From: Candidatus Sumerlaeaceae bacterium
GTDB taxonomy: Bacteria > Sumerlaeota > Sumerlaeia > Sumerlaeales > Sumerlaeaceae
DNA length: 64,000 nucleotides
Direction: 5' to 3'
Assembly: GCA_051003195.1 (NCBI GenBank)
Contig: JBPCLP010000021.1
Coordinates: 96,001 to 160,000, forward strand
Shown: in pieces, positions 37,727-48,348 of the stretch
Position numbering within the stretch: position 1 is the first letter of the stretch
Layout: each line of letters begins with the position of its first letter
Notes under the pieces: model-generated
Seen by the model: only the letters and a program-made list of their open reading frames with translations
Database searches by the model: none
What the model was told of the DNA's origin: nothing
Program-made: the position numbers and the translations under genes

Positions 37727-38761
37727 TCATGGAATGAGCACGAACTTGCCAATGTGTGCACCGCGTTCCATCTCTTCGTGGGCGTGACGGACGTCTCCGA
37801 GCGAAAAGGTGCGCGCAAGATGTTGCTGATAAATCCCCTCGCTAAAGCCGTCCAGTATATGGCTGCAACCCTCTCCCGCAGCGGCTCCACCATCCGCGCT
37901 CAATTCGTTTAACAGCCAGCCTCGAATCGCGGCGTGCTTACGTATCAGCGGCGATACGTCGACTGTACCTGGTCTACCCAGCAGGCCATAAACCCAGATG
38001 GTGGCATGAGCCGCCAGGCAGCGGATCTCGGCATTCAGGTATTCGCCGGCCGCAACGGGATCAAAGAAAACGTCAATGCCGTGATCAGCCGTCAGCGACA
38101 TGATTTCCCTGTGCCACCTGGTAGATCCACCCTCCGCAGTGTGGGTTGTTATGATGTGTTCATAAGCATTTCCGTGAAGGGATCGAAGGTTCTCAACTTT
38201 CTCGGTGCTGGTGGTGAGCCCGATCGGGATGGCACCCACGGCGCGGGCAACCTGTGCGGCTGCCATCGCTACGCTGCTGGATGCAGCCGGCAAACCGACG
38301 AACTGCCCCGCGTGCAGGCGTTGCTTCCATATCAGGCAACCCCACGCCGTTAGGTAGGAAAGCCACAGCGCGCCAAGCTGGTTGTCAGGTATTGAATCCG
38401 GTGCCGCGAATGCCTGCTGCGACGGCACGATGGTATGCGTAGCATAGGTGCCTGCCATGCCACCGGTTGTATTGAACCGGCGCGGAGCCTCGGGCGAAAG
38501 AATAACGCGCTGGCCGATCTGGTGCGTTGTCACGCCGGCACCCAATGCATCGATCATGCCGCCGCCTTCAATACCCGGCGTAAACGGCGGCTCGCCGGAG
38601 GAGAGTTTATATTCGCCGCGGCGCGCCATCAGGTCGGCATGGTTCATTCCGATGCTCGTCAGTGCGATACGGACCTCGCCGTTGCCGGGCTGGGGTGTTG
38701 GAAGCTCGATAAGATCCAGTACTTCAGGTCCCCCGAACTGGCGGACCACGACCTGTTTCAT
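37727..38761 (-). CDS. Zinc-independent MDR / quinone oxidoreductase
   Basis: Motifs FGGPEVL, PGIEGGG, AASSSV and HIGKFVL. Confidence 0.88.
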   Translation of the reverse strand: MKQVVVRQFGGPEVLDLIELPTPQPGNGEVRIALTSIGMNHADLMARRGEYKLSSGEPPFTPGIEGGGMIDALGAGVTTHQIGQRVILSPEAPRRFNTTGGMAGTYATHTIVPSQQAFAAPDSIPDNQLGALWLSYLTAWGCLIWKQRLHAGQFVGLPAASSSVAMAAAQVARAVGAIPIGLTTSTEKVENLRSLHGNAYEHIITTHTAEGGSTRWHREIMSLTADHGIDVFFDPVAAGEYLNAEIRCLAAHATIWVYGLLGRPGTVDVSPLIRKHAAIRGWLLNELSADGGAAAGEGCSHILDGFSEGIYQQHLARTFSLGDVRHAHEEMERGAHIGKFVLIP

Positions 38762-39912
38762 TGCACTGTTGGCTCGAAAGGCGTGTCGTTGGCTTCAAGC
38801 ACCCGCAGAAAGTTTTCGCCCGCAAATTTCCGCACGTCAGCGTCGCTGTAGCCGCGCCGCCGCATGCCCTCAAAAAGCCTGGGCATTTCTGCGGCGGTCT
38901 CCAGGCCGATGGGCAGATCGCTCATACCTTCGAAGTCCGTTCCCAGCCCGACATGGTCGATTCCGCCGACCTGCACCATGTGATCAATCATATCGAGAAC
39001 CGTATCCAGGGTCACAGAAGTGGCGCCGTCATCGTCCGAGCCCCGACCCTTTGGTTCCAGTAAGTCAGCCCACAAATTCAGTCCGATGACTCCGCCGTTC
39101 ATTGCGAGCGCCCGCAGCATGTCATCGGTGATGTTGCGCGGATGGTTCGACACAGCGCGGCAGTTTGAATGCGAGACGATCGCGGGCCGCTGAGTAACAA
39201 CGAGCGCCTCATAGAACGTCTGATCGGAGACGTGTGAGAGATCGACCATCATTCCAACGCGATTCATCTCTCTAACTATTTCCCGGCCGAACTCCGTGAG
39301 TCCACCGGTAGAAAACTCGTCCTGCACCACACCTTGTGATCGCGCCAGGCGGTCCAGCTGACGCGCGCCATTGTCTTGCGAGCTGCCGGCCCATTTGAGG
39401 TTCCCGCGCCACGTGAGGGTCATATAACGACAGCCACGGCGGCGGAACGCCTCAATGTTGGCGACGTCATTGTTTATAGCTACGCCCCCCTCGACACCGA
39501 GCAAAGAGGCGATTCGGTGTTGTGCAATTGCGCGCCGTACGTCCGCTGCCGTGTCGCACAACATCAGCTCATTCGGAAACCGCGCGGCTTGCGTAGTGAG
39601 GCAGTCGATCATTTGGTGGGCTCGTGCCACCGCGCGGCTCTTGGGATAGCGCCGTGGGTCGACCCACACAGCAAAAAATACCGTATTAATGCCTCCCTTG
39701 TGCCAGTTCTCGAAATTACACTGGCCTGTCCAGCCGGGCTCGTCCAGCGTTCGGGCACGGTCGGTGTCGAGAAGGCGCAGGAGAACATCCTCGTGAGCGT
39801 CTACGACAATCATGGGCGACGCGCTCTGCGAACCGCCAGCAGTGCTCATGATAGCCAGTGCGGCAAACGAGTTAACAGCGTAGCGCAAGAAGATTGGAAA
39901 GGGCGCATGCAC
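38758..39912 (-). CDS. Membrane dipeptidase (peptidase M19)
   Basis: Motifs DAHED, GVEGG, DLSHVS, SHS, HPRN and GTDFEG; start uncertain. Confidence 0.9.
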   Translation of the reverse strand: MHAPFPIFLRYAVNSFAALAIMSTAGGSQSASPMIVVDAHEDVLLRLLDTDRARTLDEPGWTGQCNFENWHKGGINTVFFAVWVDPRRYPKSRAVARAHQMIDCLTTQAARFPNELMLCDTAADVRRAIAQHRIASLLGVEGGVAINNDVANIEAFRRRGCRYMTLTWRGNLKWAGSSQDNGARQLDRLARSQGVVQDEFSTGGLTEFGREIVREMNRVGMMVDLSHVSDQTFYEALVVTQRPAIVSHSNCRAVSNHPRNITDDMLRALAMNGGVIGLNLWADLLEPKGRGSDDDGATSVTLDTVLDMIDHMVQVGGIDHVGLGTDFEGMSDLPIGLETAAEMPRLFEGMRRRGYSDADVRKFAGENFLRVLEANDTPFEPTVQ

Positions 39913-40048
39913 CGCGTGGTTATCGAATGGTACGGAGGTGAGGTCAATGTAAACGAGTAGCTGTGGTTTCCGGGACCTTTCACCGTGCAGATTCAGGATC
40001 GTCAAATTACTTGCGCGTGGGGTATGCCATCGGGTGAAAGCTCGGCTA

Positions 40049-42073
40049 ATGAGTCCGCCTGCCAAAGCAAAAGCAATTCGAAGTTCCCAGTCCTTTAGTC
40101 CTACACAACGTGCGGCTGCAGCCGCCTCGTCCCTGGCGTTGTTTTACCGTCACATTCTTCCGCTTGGGATCGTGGTAATTTTCTTTGTGTCCCTGCGATT
40201 GACGGGCGCGCCCATCGCCGACATCGATGCGTATTACCACATTAAGATGAGCGAGATGATCCGGCTGCATGGCGTCATGCATACGTTCCCGTGGCTGGAG
40301 TTCACGATTCTCAACAAACCGTACGTGGACATGCACTTCCTCTATCACGTGATCAACGTGCCTTTGACGTTTTTCGAATTGGAAACGGCGTCAAAGATTG
40401 CAGGTGCCGCATGGGGTATTCTTTCAATGGTTGCCCTGCATGTGCTGCTGGCGCGTTTGCGGGTTCCCTATGTCGGCTTCTGGACACTCGGGATCCTGGG
40501 CGCGAGTTACCTGTTTCTCTATCGGATGAACATCTCACGCGCGCCTTCAGCTTCGGTGGCTATCCAAATGTGGGCGCTTGTCGCCTTCTATGAGCAACGC
40601 TATAGGCTTCTCGCGGTCATCGGGTTTATCTTCGTGTGGCTGTATCAGCTTTTCATACTGATGCTGCCCATTGCAGTGATCTTCACGGTCGTGGAGTATT
40701 TCAGCACCGGGAAAGTGAACAAGAAATACTTCGGCTGGTCGCTGCTGGGCATTGTGCTGGGGCTCGTCTTCAACCCGTACTTTCCGCACGATTTCACGTT
40801 CTTTTACCAGCACGTGTTTCTTGCAGCGCTGAATCCTGCGAAGCTTGAGCAGGGTCAGGAGTGGCTTCCTTTTGCTTCCACAGTGTTTGTAAGGACGTGC
40901 TGGGGAGCCTTTGTCACTCTGCTGGTTGCGGTGTTCTTTGCGATGGCGTCCGGCACACGCATTACTGCGCAAAGCCAGGCGGCGCTGCTGATGTCCGGAA
41001 TGTTCCTCTTCGCCTATGTGCGCTCGCGTCGCTTCTCAGAATATTTCGTGCCTTATACGATGGTGGCTTCGGCGCTTGTGTGGCGCGACTCCGTTGCGGC
41101 CGGCGCTTTCCGCACGTGGCGGCCCCGGCTCCGAACTGCAGCTGTTGCACTGATTACATTGTGCGTGATCGGCGGCATCGGGTATAACTGGAACAGGGTG
41201 CTGAGGGAGTTGCGCCGGCACATCACTCCTGCCCGTTATCGCGGCGCCACCACCTACATTGCACAGCACTCCAATCCAGGTGATGTGATCTGCCATTCCG
41301 ATTGGGACGACTTCCCGGAGTTGTTCTTCCACAACACGAAGAACCATTACATTGTTGGTTTAGACCCAAACCTGCTGTACCTTGCGGACAAGACCAAATA
41401 TAACGTATGGAAGAACATCTCAGAGGGAAAGATACCGCGTCCGGCCAAGGCAATGGTGCAGCATTTCCGGGCGAAGTATGCCCTGTGCGACTATATGCAG
41501 AAAGGCTTTATTGCCGCGGCCGCTCGTGACCCGGGGCTGTCGCTGTGCTATCAGGACAGCGGCTCGCTTGTATGGAAAATCGATCCCGAGGCAAACGTTG
41601 CGGATCGTTTCGAGGCGGAACAGCTGACTCCGCTTGCGGCAGCGCAGCCGGCAACCATTCAGTGGAGCATCCAGAATTTCACGCAGATGTTCGGCGTTCC
41701 CGCAAGCAAAGACCGAACCGTTTTTATCCAGACTAAAACTGTCGGCGATTATGTGGAGTTTGCTGTTCCGGCGCTGCGTGCAGGGGTGTACGACGTGAAA
41801 GTCGGGTACGTAACCGCGGCCGATATGGGAATCGTACAATGGAGCTGTAACGGTGTTGCCTGCGGTGAACCGATAGACATGTACAGCAGGAACCCGCACG
41901 CAGCCGGTTTAGCCGAGTTTGGACGTCTACACCTGCGCCAGGGCGAGAATCGAATACGCGCGGCAGTCACCGGTGTGAACCCCAAGGCAATCGGGCGACG
42001 CATTGCAGTCGATTATTTCCAGACGCGGCTGGTGAAGGACGACCAACCGACGACCGCAACGGCGCCGGGTTAA
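40049..42073 (+). CDS. Polytopic membrane glycosyltransferase-like protein with C-terminal carbohydrate-binding (CBM-like) domain
   Basis: D.YYHIK, multiple TMs, EW.P, RRF.EY; C-terminal FEAE...GDYVEF...G.Y...G.N...VDY. Confidence 0.65.
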   Translation: MSPPAKAKAIRSSQSFSPTQRAAAAASSLALFYRHILPLGIVVIFFVSLRLTGAPIADIDAYYHIKMSEMIRLHGVMHTFPWLEFTILNKPYVDMHFLYHVINVPLTFFELETASKIAGAAWGILSMVALHVLLARLRVPYVGFWTLGILGASYLFLYRMNISRAPSASVAIQMWALVAFYEQRYRLLAVIGFIFVWLYQLFILMLPIAVIFTVVEYFSTGKVNKKYFGWSLLGIVLGLVFNPYFPHDFTFFYQHVFLAALNPAKLEQGQEWLPFASTVFVRTCWGAFVTLLVAVFFAMASGTRITAQSQAALLMSGMFLFAYVRSRRFSEYFVPYTMVASALVWRDSVAAGAFRTWRPRLRTAAVALITLCVIGGIGYNWNRVLRELRRHITPARYRGATTYIAQHSNPGDVICHSDWDDFPELFFHNTKNHYIVGLDPNLLYLADKTKYNVWKNISEGKIPRPAKAMVQHFRAKYALCDYMQKGFIAAAARDPGLSLCYQDSGSLVWKIDPEANVADRFEAEQLTPLAAAQPATIQWSIQNFTQMFGVPASKDRTVFIQTKTVGDYVEFAVPALRAGVYDVKVGYVTAADMGIVQWSCNGVACGEPIDMYSRNPHAAGLAEFGRLHLRQGENRIRAAVTGVNPKAIGRRIAVDYFQTRLVKDDQPTTATAPG

Positions 42074-42103
42074 CGAGCAGCCTGCACAGCCTCAACGTCC
42101 AAA

Positions 42104-43012
42104 CTATTGAGCTGGCAATGGCTCCAGAAACATCTGGTCGAGTGCGGTACGAAATTGAATCAGAGGCCGCGCACCTCGGATAACTTTCGTGACGGTGATC
42201 TGTGACGAGCCCGGGCGTGAGTAGCCGATTGCGAAGCTCGGCGTACCTGCAAAACCAAGGGTACTCGCCTTTGCCATGTCAACCTTCGCGTCGTTAATAT
42301 ACTTCTCGCTTTCAAAACATGCGGCAAACTGCTCGACGTCGAGTTGCTGGACTTTAGCCTGCTGCACAAGAGTGGCTGTAGTGATATCTCCCCGGTTTTT
42401 GTAGATGGAAAACACCATCTCCCAGTATTTTCCCTGCTCCTCTGCGCATCGTGCTGCCATCGCGGCCTTGTTTGCATCTTTGTGCGAGGCCAGGTTCAAA
42501 TCCCTGATGGCAAAACGGATTTTCTTGTTGTCGATATAATCTGTCTTCAACGTTGGAAAAGTCTCCGCGAGAAAACGGCTGCAGTAACCGCACTGCGCAT
42601 CCGTAAACATAACGAGAACTACCGTAGTATCTGCATCGCCTTGCATCCGGCCAGGGCCTAATTCCATTGGAATGGGCAACTTTGGACCTGCGGGTGTCGC
42701 TACAGGAGCCGGTGTGGGCTTGCCGACCCCCGCAACGCTGGTTTGCAACGCGTGCAACTGCTGCAAAACCGCGATCTGGGTCGAAGTATTTGCATCGACA
42801 GTCTGTCGCATCCCCAGCACTTGTTGCGTTTTGGTTTCAATACGCTCAAGCCGCCGCATAATCTCAAGGTTTGTGGACGTAAGACGATCTACACTATTTG
42901 TAAGGGCTCTGAGGTGATCCGCGACTTGCGGATCTTGCGCGAAGAGCGTGGTGCTCATCAGCACGCAAGCCGCTGTGGATGCTCTTAAAATCCATTTCGT
43001 TACAACAGGCAT
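42104..43012 (-). CDS. DsbA family thiol-disulfide oxidoreductase
   Basis: Motifs FTDAQCGYC, ARCA.EQGKYW and GTPSF. Confidence 0.9.
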   Translation of the reverse strand: MPVVTKWILRASTAACVLMSTTLFAQDPQVADHLRALTNSVDRLTSTNLEIMRRLERIETKTQQVLGMRQTVDANTSTQIAVLQQLHALQTSVAGVGKPTPAPVATPAGPKLPIPMELGPGRMQGDADTTVVLVMFTDAQCGYCSRFLAETFPTLKTDYIDNKKIRFAIRDLNLASHKDANKAAMAARCAEEQGKYWEMVFSIYKNRGDITTATLVQQAKVQQLDVEQFAACFESEKYINDAKVDMAKASTLGFAGTPSFAIGYSRPGSSQITVTKVIRGARPLIQFRTALDQMFLEPLPAQ

Positions 43013-43145
43013 TCAGGGATTCTCCATCCGAGTGTGCGGCGCAGATTTAACGCGTAGATAAACGACGCACGTAATTTCGCTGGAAGCCATAACCACTGAA
43101 CCGGAGTTTTATGTACGCGTGCTTATCACCGGGGGCCTGCTTGGG

Positions 43146-44711
43146 TTAAACGCGCGCGCCAAAATCTGAAATAGCGGTCCCGTACTCTTTGCAGACGCGC
43201 TTTGATGAGCCAACAATATACATCGATCCAAAGATTAAGACGGCCTGGTCTTCCTCGCGCAATTGGAGCACGCCTCGAACCGCCTGTTCAGGATCCGGCA
43301 CGGCTTCCACCGGGATTTCCGGGTATACGTGCTTGAGTATTTCAGCGGCCTCTTGCGCGGGCAGACCGCGGGGAGTGGGAGGACTGCAGCACACGATTGC
43401 AGCGACGTTTAGATTCGCTTTCACGATGGAGCAGATTTCTTCCGGCTCCTTGTCGCGCAGAAATCCGACCACGAGGATGACTTCCTGGGCCCCGTACAGG
43501 TCGCGAAAAGCGTCCACCATGGCGGTGGTCGAGAGCGGGCAGTGCGCGCCATCGACAATTTCAAGCGGGTATCTTGATACAATCTCAAAGCGTCCGGGCC
43601 AGCGCGTCTTTGCGATTCCGCGACGTACCAGTTCAGCCGGAAACCCATGCTCAAGACCATCCACTTGCCCGGGATGCCGCCACAAAACGGAACTGGCCCA
43701 CTGCTGGTAATCCGCACAGCTCTCCAGTGCTAAGAGCGTTCCAAGACAGGTTCGAATATTATCAATCTGATGTGCACCATGCATCCTGGTCTGTATATTG
43801 AGTCCGTGTACCATGGTTTGTGCGAGAAGCGAATCCGGCGGAGCCGCACCTGCATCGAGTGTGTATTCCGCCATGGTCAGGTCGGGCGAACTTGTGCCAT
43901 CGGGACGTTCTTCAAGAGCTTCCTTGCCGTCGATGAGCGCGGAAACTTCAAGGTACTCCTCGCGTCCGGTCTCACGCAATCGCTGCTCAAGCGAGGCTCT
44001 TACTTTTTCAGCCCATTCCAGCGGCTGTGGACCAAGTACGCAGATACCGTGCGGCTGTACGATGCCGACTTTTTCCGATGCGATCTGCTCGATGGTCTTA
44101 CCTAGTATGGCCGTGTGGTCATACCCGATGGCTGTGATTACATTAAGCAGTGGCCCGGCCCCGGGCTGGTCGAACACATTAGTCGAATCGAGCCGGCCAC
44201 CCAGTCCTGTTTCTATGACGGCTATATCAACTTCCTGCTCGGCAAAGTAAAGGAATGCGGCGGCTGTAAGGAGTTCAAAAACGGTTCGGAAGCCGGGCGA
44301 GTCTGCCGACGCAGCTAAGTGTCCATTGCTGCTTCTATCCGGCCGGAAGTAGTCCCGGTTTCCAAGACGGCCCATTAGCCGCGCAAATTCGGGGTCGGGG
44401 ACAGGCAGGCCATTCACCTGGATTCGTTCTGTATAACGGTCGATGTGAGGCGACGTATAGAGACCCACTTTGCAACCGCAGTTCGCCAGGGCCGATGCCA
44501 GGAATGCGCAGGTAGAGCCTTTGCCTTTGGTACCTGCTATGTGGATAACGGCGTACTTCAGGTGCGGGTCGCCCAGCTCCCGTAGCAAACCGCGGAAGTT
44601 CGCCAGGTCAAAATTCTTCGTGTCGTATGTCAGCGATTTAGAAAGTAGCTTTTCATAGTCGATCTGACTATCAAGAAACGCAGCTGCTTCATCGTAAGTG
44701 GACAAATTCAT
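43146..44711 (-). CDS. folC: Folylpolyglutamate synthase / dihydrofolate synthase
   Basis: Motifs IHIAGTKGKGST, YTSPH, ETGLGGRLDSTN, WPGRFE and DGAH. Confidence 0.95.
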   Translation of the reverse strand: MNLSTYDEAAAFLDSQIDYEKLLSKSLTYDTKNFDLANFRGLLRELGDPHLKYAVIHIAGTKGKGSTCAFLASALANCGCKVGLYTSPHIDRYTERIQVNGLPVPDPEFARLMGRLGNRDYFRPDRSSNGHLAASADSPGFRTVFELLTAAAFLYFAEQEVDIAVIETGLGGRLDSTNVFDQPGAGPLLNVITAIGYDHTAILGKTIEQIASEKVGIVQPHGICVLGPQPLEWAEKVRASLEQRLRETGREEYLEVSALIDGKEALEERPDGTSSPDLTMAEYTLDAGAAPPDSLLAQTMVHGLNIQTRMHGAHQIDNIRTCLGTLLALESCADYQQWASSVLWRHPGQVDGLEHGFPAELVRRGIAKTRWPGRFEIVSRYPLEIVDGAHCPLSTTAMVDAFRDLYGAQEVILVVGFLRDKEPEEICSIVKANLNVAAIVCCSPPTPRGLPAQEAAEILKHVYPEIPVEAVPDPEQAVRGVLQLREEDQAVLIFGSMYIVGSSKRVCKEYGTAISDFGARV

Positions 44712-44825
44712 AAGCGGTTTATCTAAGCAGCGTCGAAGCCCGATGGGAAGCACAAAATGGTATGGCAAAATGGATGGTTAGCGGCATTGCTGCGACGTCG
44801 ATTTCGACCCGGGATGTGGAGGCGC

Positions 44826-45530
44826 TCAGTTATCTGCGCCGCTAGGGAAACGGACAACGTTGCCAGGGCTTACGGTGCCATTCGTAGCATCGAAGCGATT
44901 GTTGAGGTTATAAATGGAAGCAATGTCGGTTCCATCTTTGACCCGGTTGCCGTTTAAGTCGAGGAAGAACAACTTGTCGGGACCCTGACTATAAAGAACA
45001 TAGGGAAAGGGAACCATGCCATTGATCCCGTTTTGCGTGGGCGTATCAGCACCGATGCCCTTGGTTGGCCCCACAGTGCCCATTGCGGCATCGGTTGGCA
45101 TCAGCACAGCCATGGGCGACTGGAAGCCGGTCGCGCGATTAAATCCAAATTTGTTGCCCACGTAGTGCAGTGCGTTCTGGTAGCCATCCGTCGGTAGCAG
45201 CTCTGTATCGAATACATCGACCGGCGCACTCGTCAGGTAAGCAATCGGCGTAGTAATCCCGGAGCAGCGGCCGCTGGGATCGATGGGAAAGCCGCCTGGA
45301 TAGATCCAGTCGCGGGCACCAACAGGCAACTGCGCGTATGGATAGGAATTGTTGTCCACGGCGTAGGCTTCCAGGCCGGTGGCAATGCTGCGCATGTCCG
45401 CCTTCACACGCGCCACTTTCGAGCGTACTTGCGCCTCCAGGAAATTCGGCACCGCGATGGCAGCCAGTATCGCGATAATTGCGACGACGATCAAAAGCTC
45501 GATAAGTGTAAACCCAGTCCTGTTTTTCAC
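44826..45530 (-). CDS. Prepilin-type N-methylation domain protein (paralog 2)
   Basis: Motifs GFTLIELLIVVAIIAILAAIAVPNFLEAQVR, TTPIAY, SQGPD and FDATNGTVS.G. Confidence 0.92.
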   Translation of the reverse strand: MKNRTGFTLIELLIVVAIIAILAAIAVPNFLEAQVRSKVARVKADMRSIATGLEAYAVDNNSYPYAQLPVGARDWIYPGGFPIDPSGRCSGITTPIAYLTSAPVDVFDTELLPTDGYQNALHYVGNKFGFNRATGFQSPMAVLMPTDAAMGTVGPTKGIGADTPTQNGINGMVPFPYVLYSQGPDKLFFLDLNGNRVKDGTDIASIYNLNNRFDATNGTVSPGNVVRFPSGADN

Positions 45531-45643
45531 GAGATGCTCCGGGGAAAGCTGTCATCCAATCGCGTCGTACTGAACGCGCAACATCGTCTACCAATCGCCA
45601 GTTACAGCCGCAACGTTTCTTTGCCTCCAGGAACTGCGTCTCC

Positions 45644-46357
45644 TCAGGCTGTAAATAGCTGCTGAATGTTAAGCTGGTTATTGCGAAGCCAGCGCCGCAT
45701 CTCAGTCCGGTCGAGCCGGAATTTCTGCCCGCCGCTCATTTCCTGCAGGAAGGGGAGGCTGTGCATAAAACCGTCCCATTTCCGCCGATCCGCCGTCGTG
45801 CCCCAGATCTGCTCGATCAATGCGAGCATATCCGCTGAGGGGATCACCGACCGGAAGAAATCGAACAGTATTTCGCTGGTTACCACTTCGTCGCGAAGAC
45901 GGCCGAGAATACCCTTGAGGATCTGCTCGTGGTCAAATGCGAGACGGGGGCGGCGTTTGACAGGGTGAAAGGCGGCTTCGTCGGCATCGTCTGCCGGCTG
46001 TGGTTTAGAGATCTCGATGGATACGGCGCCAAAATAGACTATCGAAATGGAGCGGCCACGAGGGTCGCGCCCGATCGTTCCAACAGCTCCGTACTGCTTC
46101 AGGCGTGCGTTTACGAGCCCGGTTTCCTCTTTGAGTTCGCGGGCAGCGCAAGCTTCCAGGTCTTCATCAGAGTCCAGGAACCCGCCGGGGAATGCCCATA
46201 GACCTTCAAATGGTGGGTGCGCGCGGCGGACTAGAAGCACTTTCAGCTGCTGGTCGTCAAAGGTGAAGATCACATTGTCCGTAGTGACAAATATGTCCGT
46301 TCCGGCCTTGCTGGTGGCCGCTCCGCCTTTGCTGCCGGATGCTTTCTTTTCTGCCAA
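45644..46357 (-). CDS. NUDIX hydrolase (NrtR-like N-terminal domain)
   Basis: Motifs PGGF...ARELKEETG, RDPRGR and LAFDH. Confidence 0.88.
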   Translation of the reverse strand: MAEKKASGSKGGAATSKAGTDIFVTTDNVIFTFDDQQLKVLLVRRAHPPFEGLWAFPGGFLDSDEDLEACAARELKEETGLVNARLKQYGAVGTIGRDPRGRSISIVYFGAVSIEISKPQPADDADEAAFHPVKRRPRLAFDHEQILKGILGRLRDEVVTSEILFDFFRSVIPSADMLALIEQIWGTTADRRKWDGFMHSLPFLQEMSGGQKFRLDRTEMRRWLRNNQLNIQQLFTA

Positions 46358-46528
46358 CTTGACAGGTCTCCACGAGCTATTTAGATCGATAACAGTTACT
46401 GAGCATTAGCAGAAGCATACTCCTGTCAAGGCTTTGCAATGCGGTTAAGCAAAAGCTCAGCAGGCTCTTGCTGCAAGAAAAAGCACTGGCGTTCGCTGAT
46501 CGTATCCAGAGCATTGTAGGCCACACAA

Positions 46529-47194
46529 ATGCATTTACCGCCCCTGAAAGCTGAAACCCGCCGATTGCGCAATGGCAACCGGCGAGCACCAACACGCGCT
46601 TTTGTCTTGGCGGTTTGCCTGGCAGTCGCCAGCAGCGCCCCGGCACACGTAATGCAGCAATTATCCTGGTTCCAGGTGGAGCGCGAAATTAGGGTGCAGC
46701 AGCAAGTGCTGCGGGTGCATCACAATTGCAGATTCGACAAGGATGTATTTCGCGCGAATGATCCAGTCATGGATGCAGACGGTGATTCGACTGCCTCGCG
46801 GCATGAGATCGCCCAGTTTTGCCAGCAGGCCGGAAACTACATTGCCCAGGATTTCGTGGTGTTGGCGGATGGGCTCCCCTGCGCGGTGCGACAGCAAAGC
46901 TTTTCGGTGAATGACGACGACAGCGGCTTTTCCAGCGACATAGTGGCGGACCTGCCTGATGCCGCGACAACCGGGGTTCTGTTGCTGCACGTAGTCGATC
47001 CGTCCTTTCTGTTTACGTACCCGGGCGAGTCGCAAACCACGACTACTTCCGTGATTGCCGAGGCGCCGATTAAGCTCGTCGATGACGCGGGACGCGAACT
47101 GCATCGCCTCGACCTTCCACGCTCACCGCACTCCGTGCTTCGGATCTCACCGCGTGCCAGGCCCAACCAGGGCGCAGGGACCCCGAAACCATGA
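46529..47194 (+). CDS. Exported hypothetical protein with N-terminal His and EF-hand-like loop
   Basis: Signal peptide ending APA|H; DADGDSTAS..E; stop overlaps the next start (ATGA). Confidence 0.55.
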   Translation: MHLPPLKAETRRLRNGNRRAPTRAFVLAVCLAVASSAPAHVMQQLSWFQVEREIRVQQQVLRVHHNCRFDKDVFRANDPVMDADGDSTASRHEIAQFCQQAGNYIAQDFVVLADGLPCAVRQQSFSVNDDDSGFSSDIVADLPDAATTGVLLLHVVDPSFLFTYPGESQTTTTSVIAEAPIKLVDDAGRELHRLDLPRSPHSVLRISPRARPNQGAGTPKP

Positions 47195-48348
47195 GACGTT
47201 CCCTGTTTCTGGTAGCCATACTGGCCGTGGTATTTGCGGCATTGGCGGGGGGTACGGCGTTCATTGTCCAACAGGGGCGGCTTGGCGAATTGCAGCGAAT
47301 GGCGGCCCAGGCGGAGGACATGATCAAATCGCGGGCGTACGACGATGCCGTCGCGATCCTGCGCAAAGTCGAAGCCAGGGGCGGTACCGCCCGCAGTTCC
47401 ATGCTCCTCGGCAAGATTTACTACGATCAGGGTAAGTACGATCAGGCTATGCCCTGGTTTCAACGCATCGTCGAAAAGTTTCCAGACAGCGATTATGTCG
47501 CAGATGCACTGCTGTACAAGGCGCGCTACAAATTGGACGTCGACAAGGACGCCAATAGTGCGCGTGAGCTGCTGCTGACCATTCTCTCAAAATGGTCTAA
47601 AAGCAAGGCCAACGATTTCGCGCTGGTGCACCTCGCACGCATGAGCCTGAACGCCGGGGACGACGCCCAGGCGAAAAAGAATCTCGATATCGTGCTTAAA
47701 AAAGAGGAGTCTCCTGCACGTGACGAGGCCGAGTTTTTGATCGGCGACATTAACATGCGTGCCCTGAAATCTCCAAACCCGGGCAGTGGCGATGAAACGT
47801 ACGAAATTAAAAAAGGTGATACAATCTGGGCGCTGGAGCGCAGGCTGAAAATTCCGGGGGATCTCCTGATGGCGATCAACGGCATCACCCAGAATCTCAG
47901 TGTCGGCACAGCAATCAAAATACCCCGCGTGGAATTCTCGATCGTAATCGATAAGGCCGAACGTACGCTGCTCCTGCGAAATCATGGGCAGTTTCTGAAA
48001 AAATACAAAGTCGGAATTAACCGTGACGATGCCACGTTACCACCCGACCAGTACAGCGTCAGCCAGAAATTCGACAAAGGCTATGACTACACAGACCCGA
48101 AGACGAACCAGCCGATTAAGCCCGGGCAGCCCGGAAATCCGTACGGCACCCGCTTCCTTTCGCTGAGGCGGGAAGTAGGCATCCACGGGACCGAAGAGCC
48201 GCAGAAAGTTGGCACATACATCACCAAAGGCGTAGTTGCCATGACGAATCCCGACATCGAAGAGCTGTATGGGCTGGTGCAAGCTAAACCGGCGACTCCG
48301 GTAACAGTGAAAAATCATGTGCAGGCGGAGGGCCCTCCTGGCAAATAA
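47191..48348 (+). CDS. TPR + LysM + L,D-transpeptidase (YkuD) domain protein
   Basis: TM anchor, TPRs, [14 protein letters not shown] and GIHGT; catalytic Cys absent. Confidence 0.85.
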   Translation: MRRSLFLVAILAVVFAALAGGTAFIVQQGRLGELQRMAAQAEDMIKSRAYDDAVAILRKVEARGGTARSSMLLGKIYYDQGKYDQAMPWFQRIVEKFPDSDYVADALLYKARYKLDVDKDANSARELLLTILSKWSKSKANDFALVHLARMSLNAGDDAQAKKNLDIVLKKEESPARDEAEFLIGDINMRALKSPNPGSGDETYEIKKGDTIWALERRLKIPGDLLMAINGITQNLSVGTAIKIPRVEFSIVIDKAERTLLLRNHGQFLKKYKVGINRDDATLPPDQYSVSQKFDKGYDYTDPKTNQPIKPGQPGNPYGTRFLSLRREVGIHGTEEPQKVGTYITKGVVAMTNPDIEELYGLVQAKPATPVTVKNHVQAEGPPGK

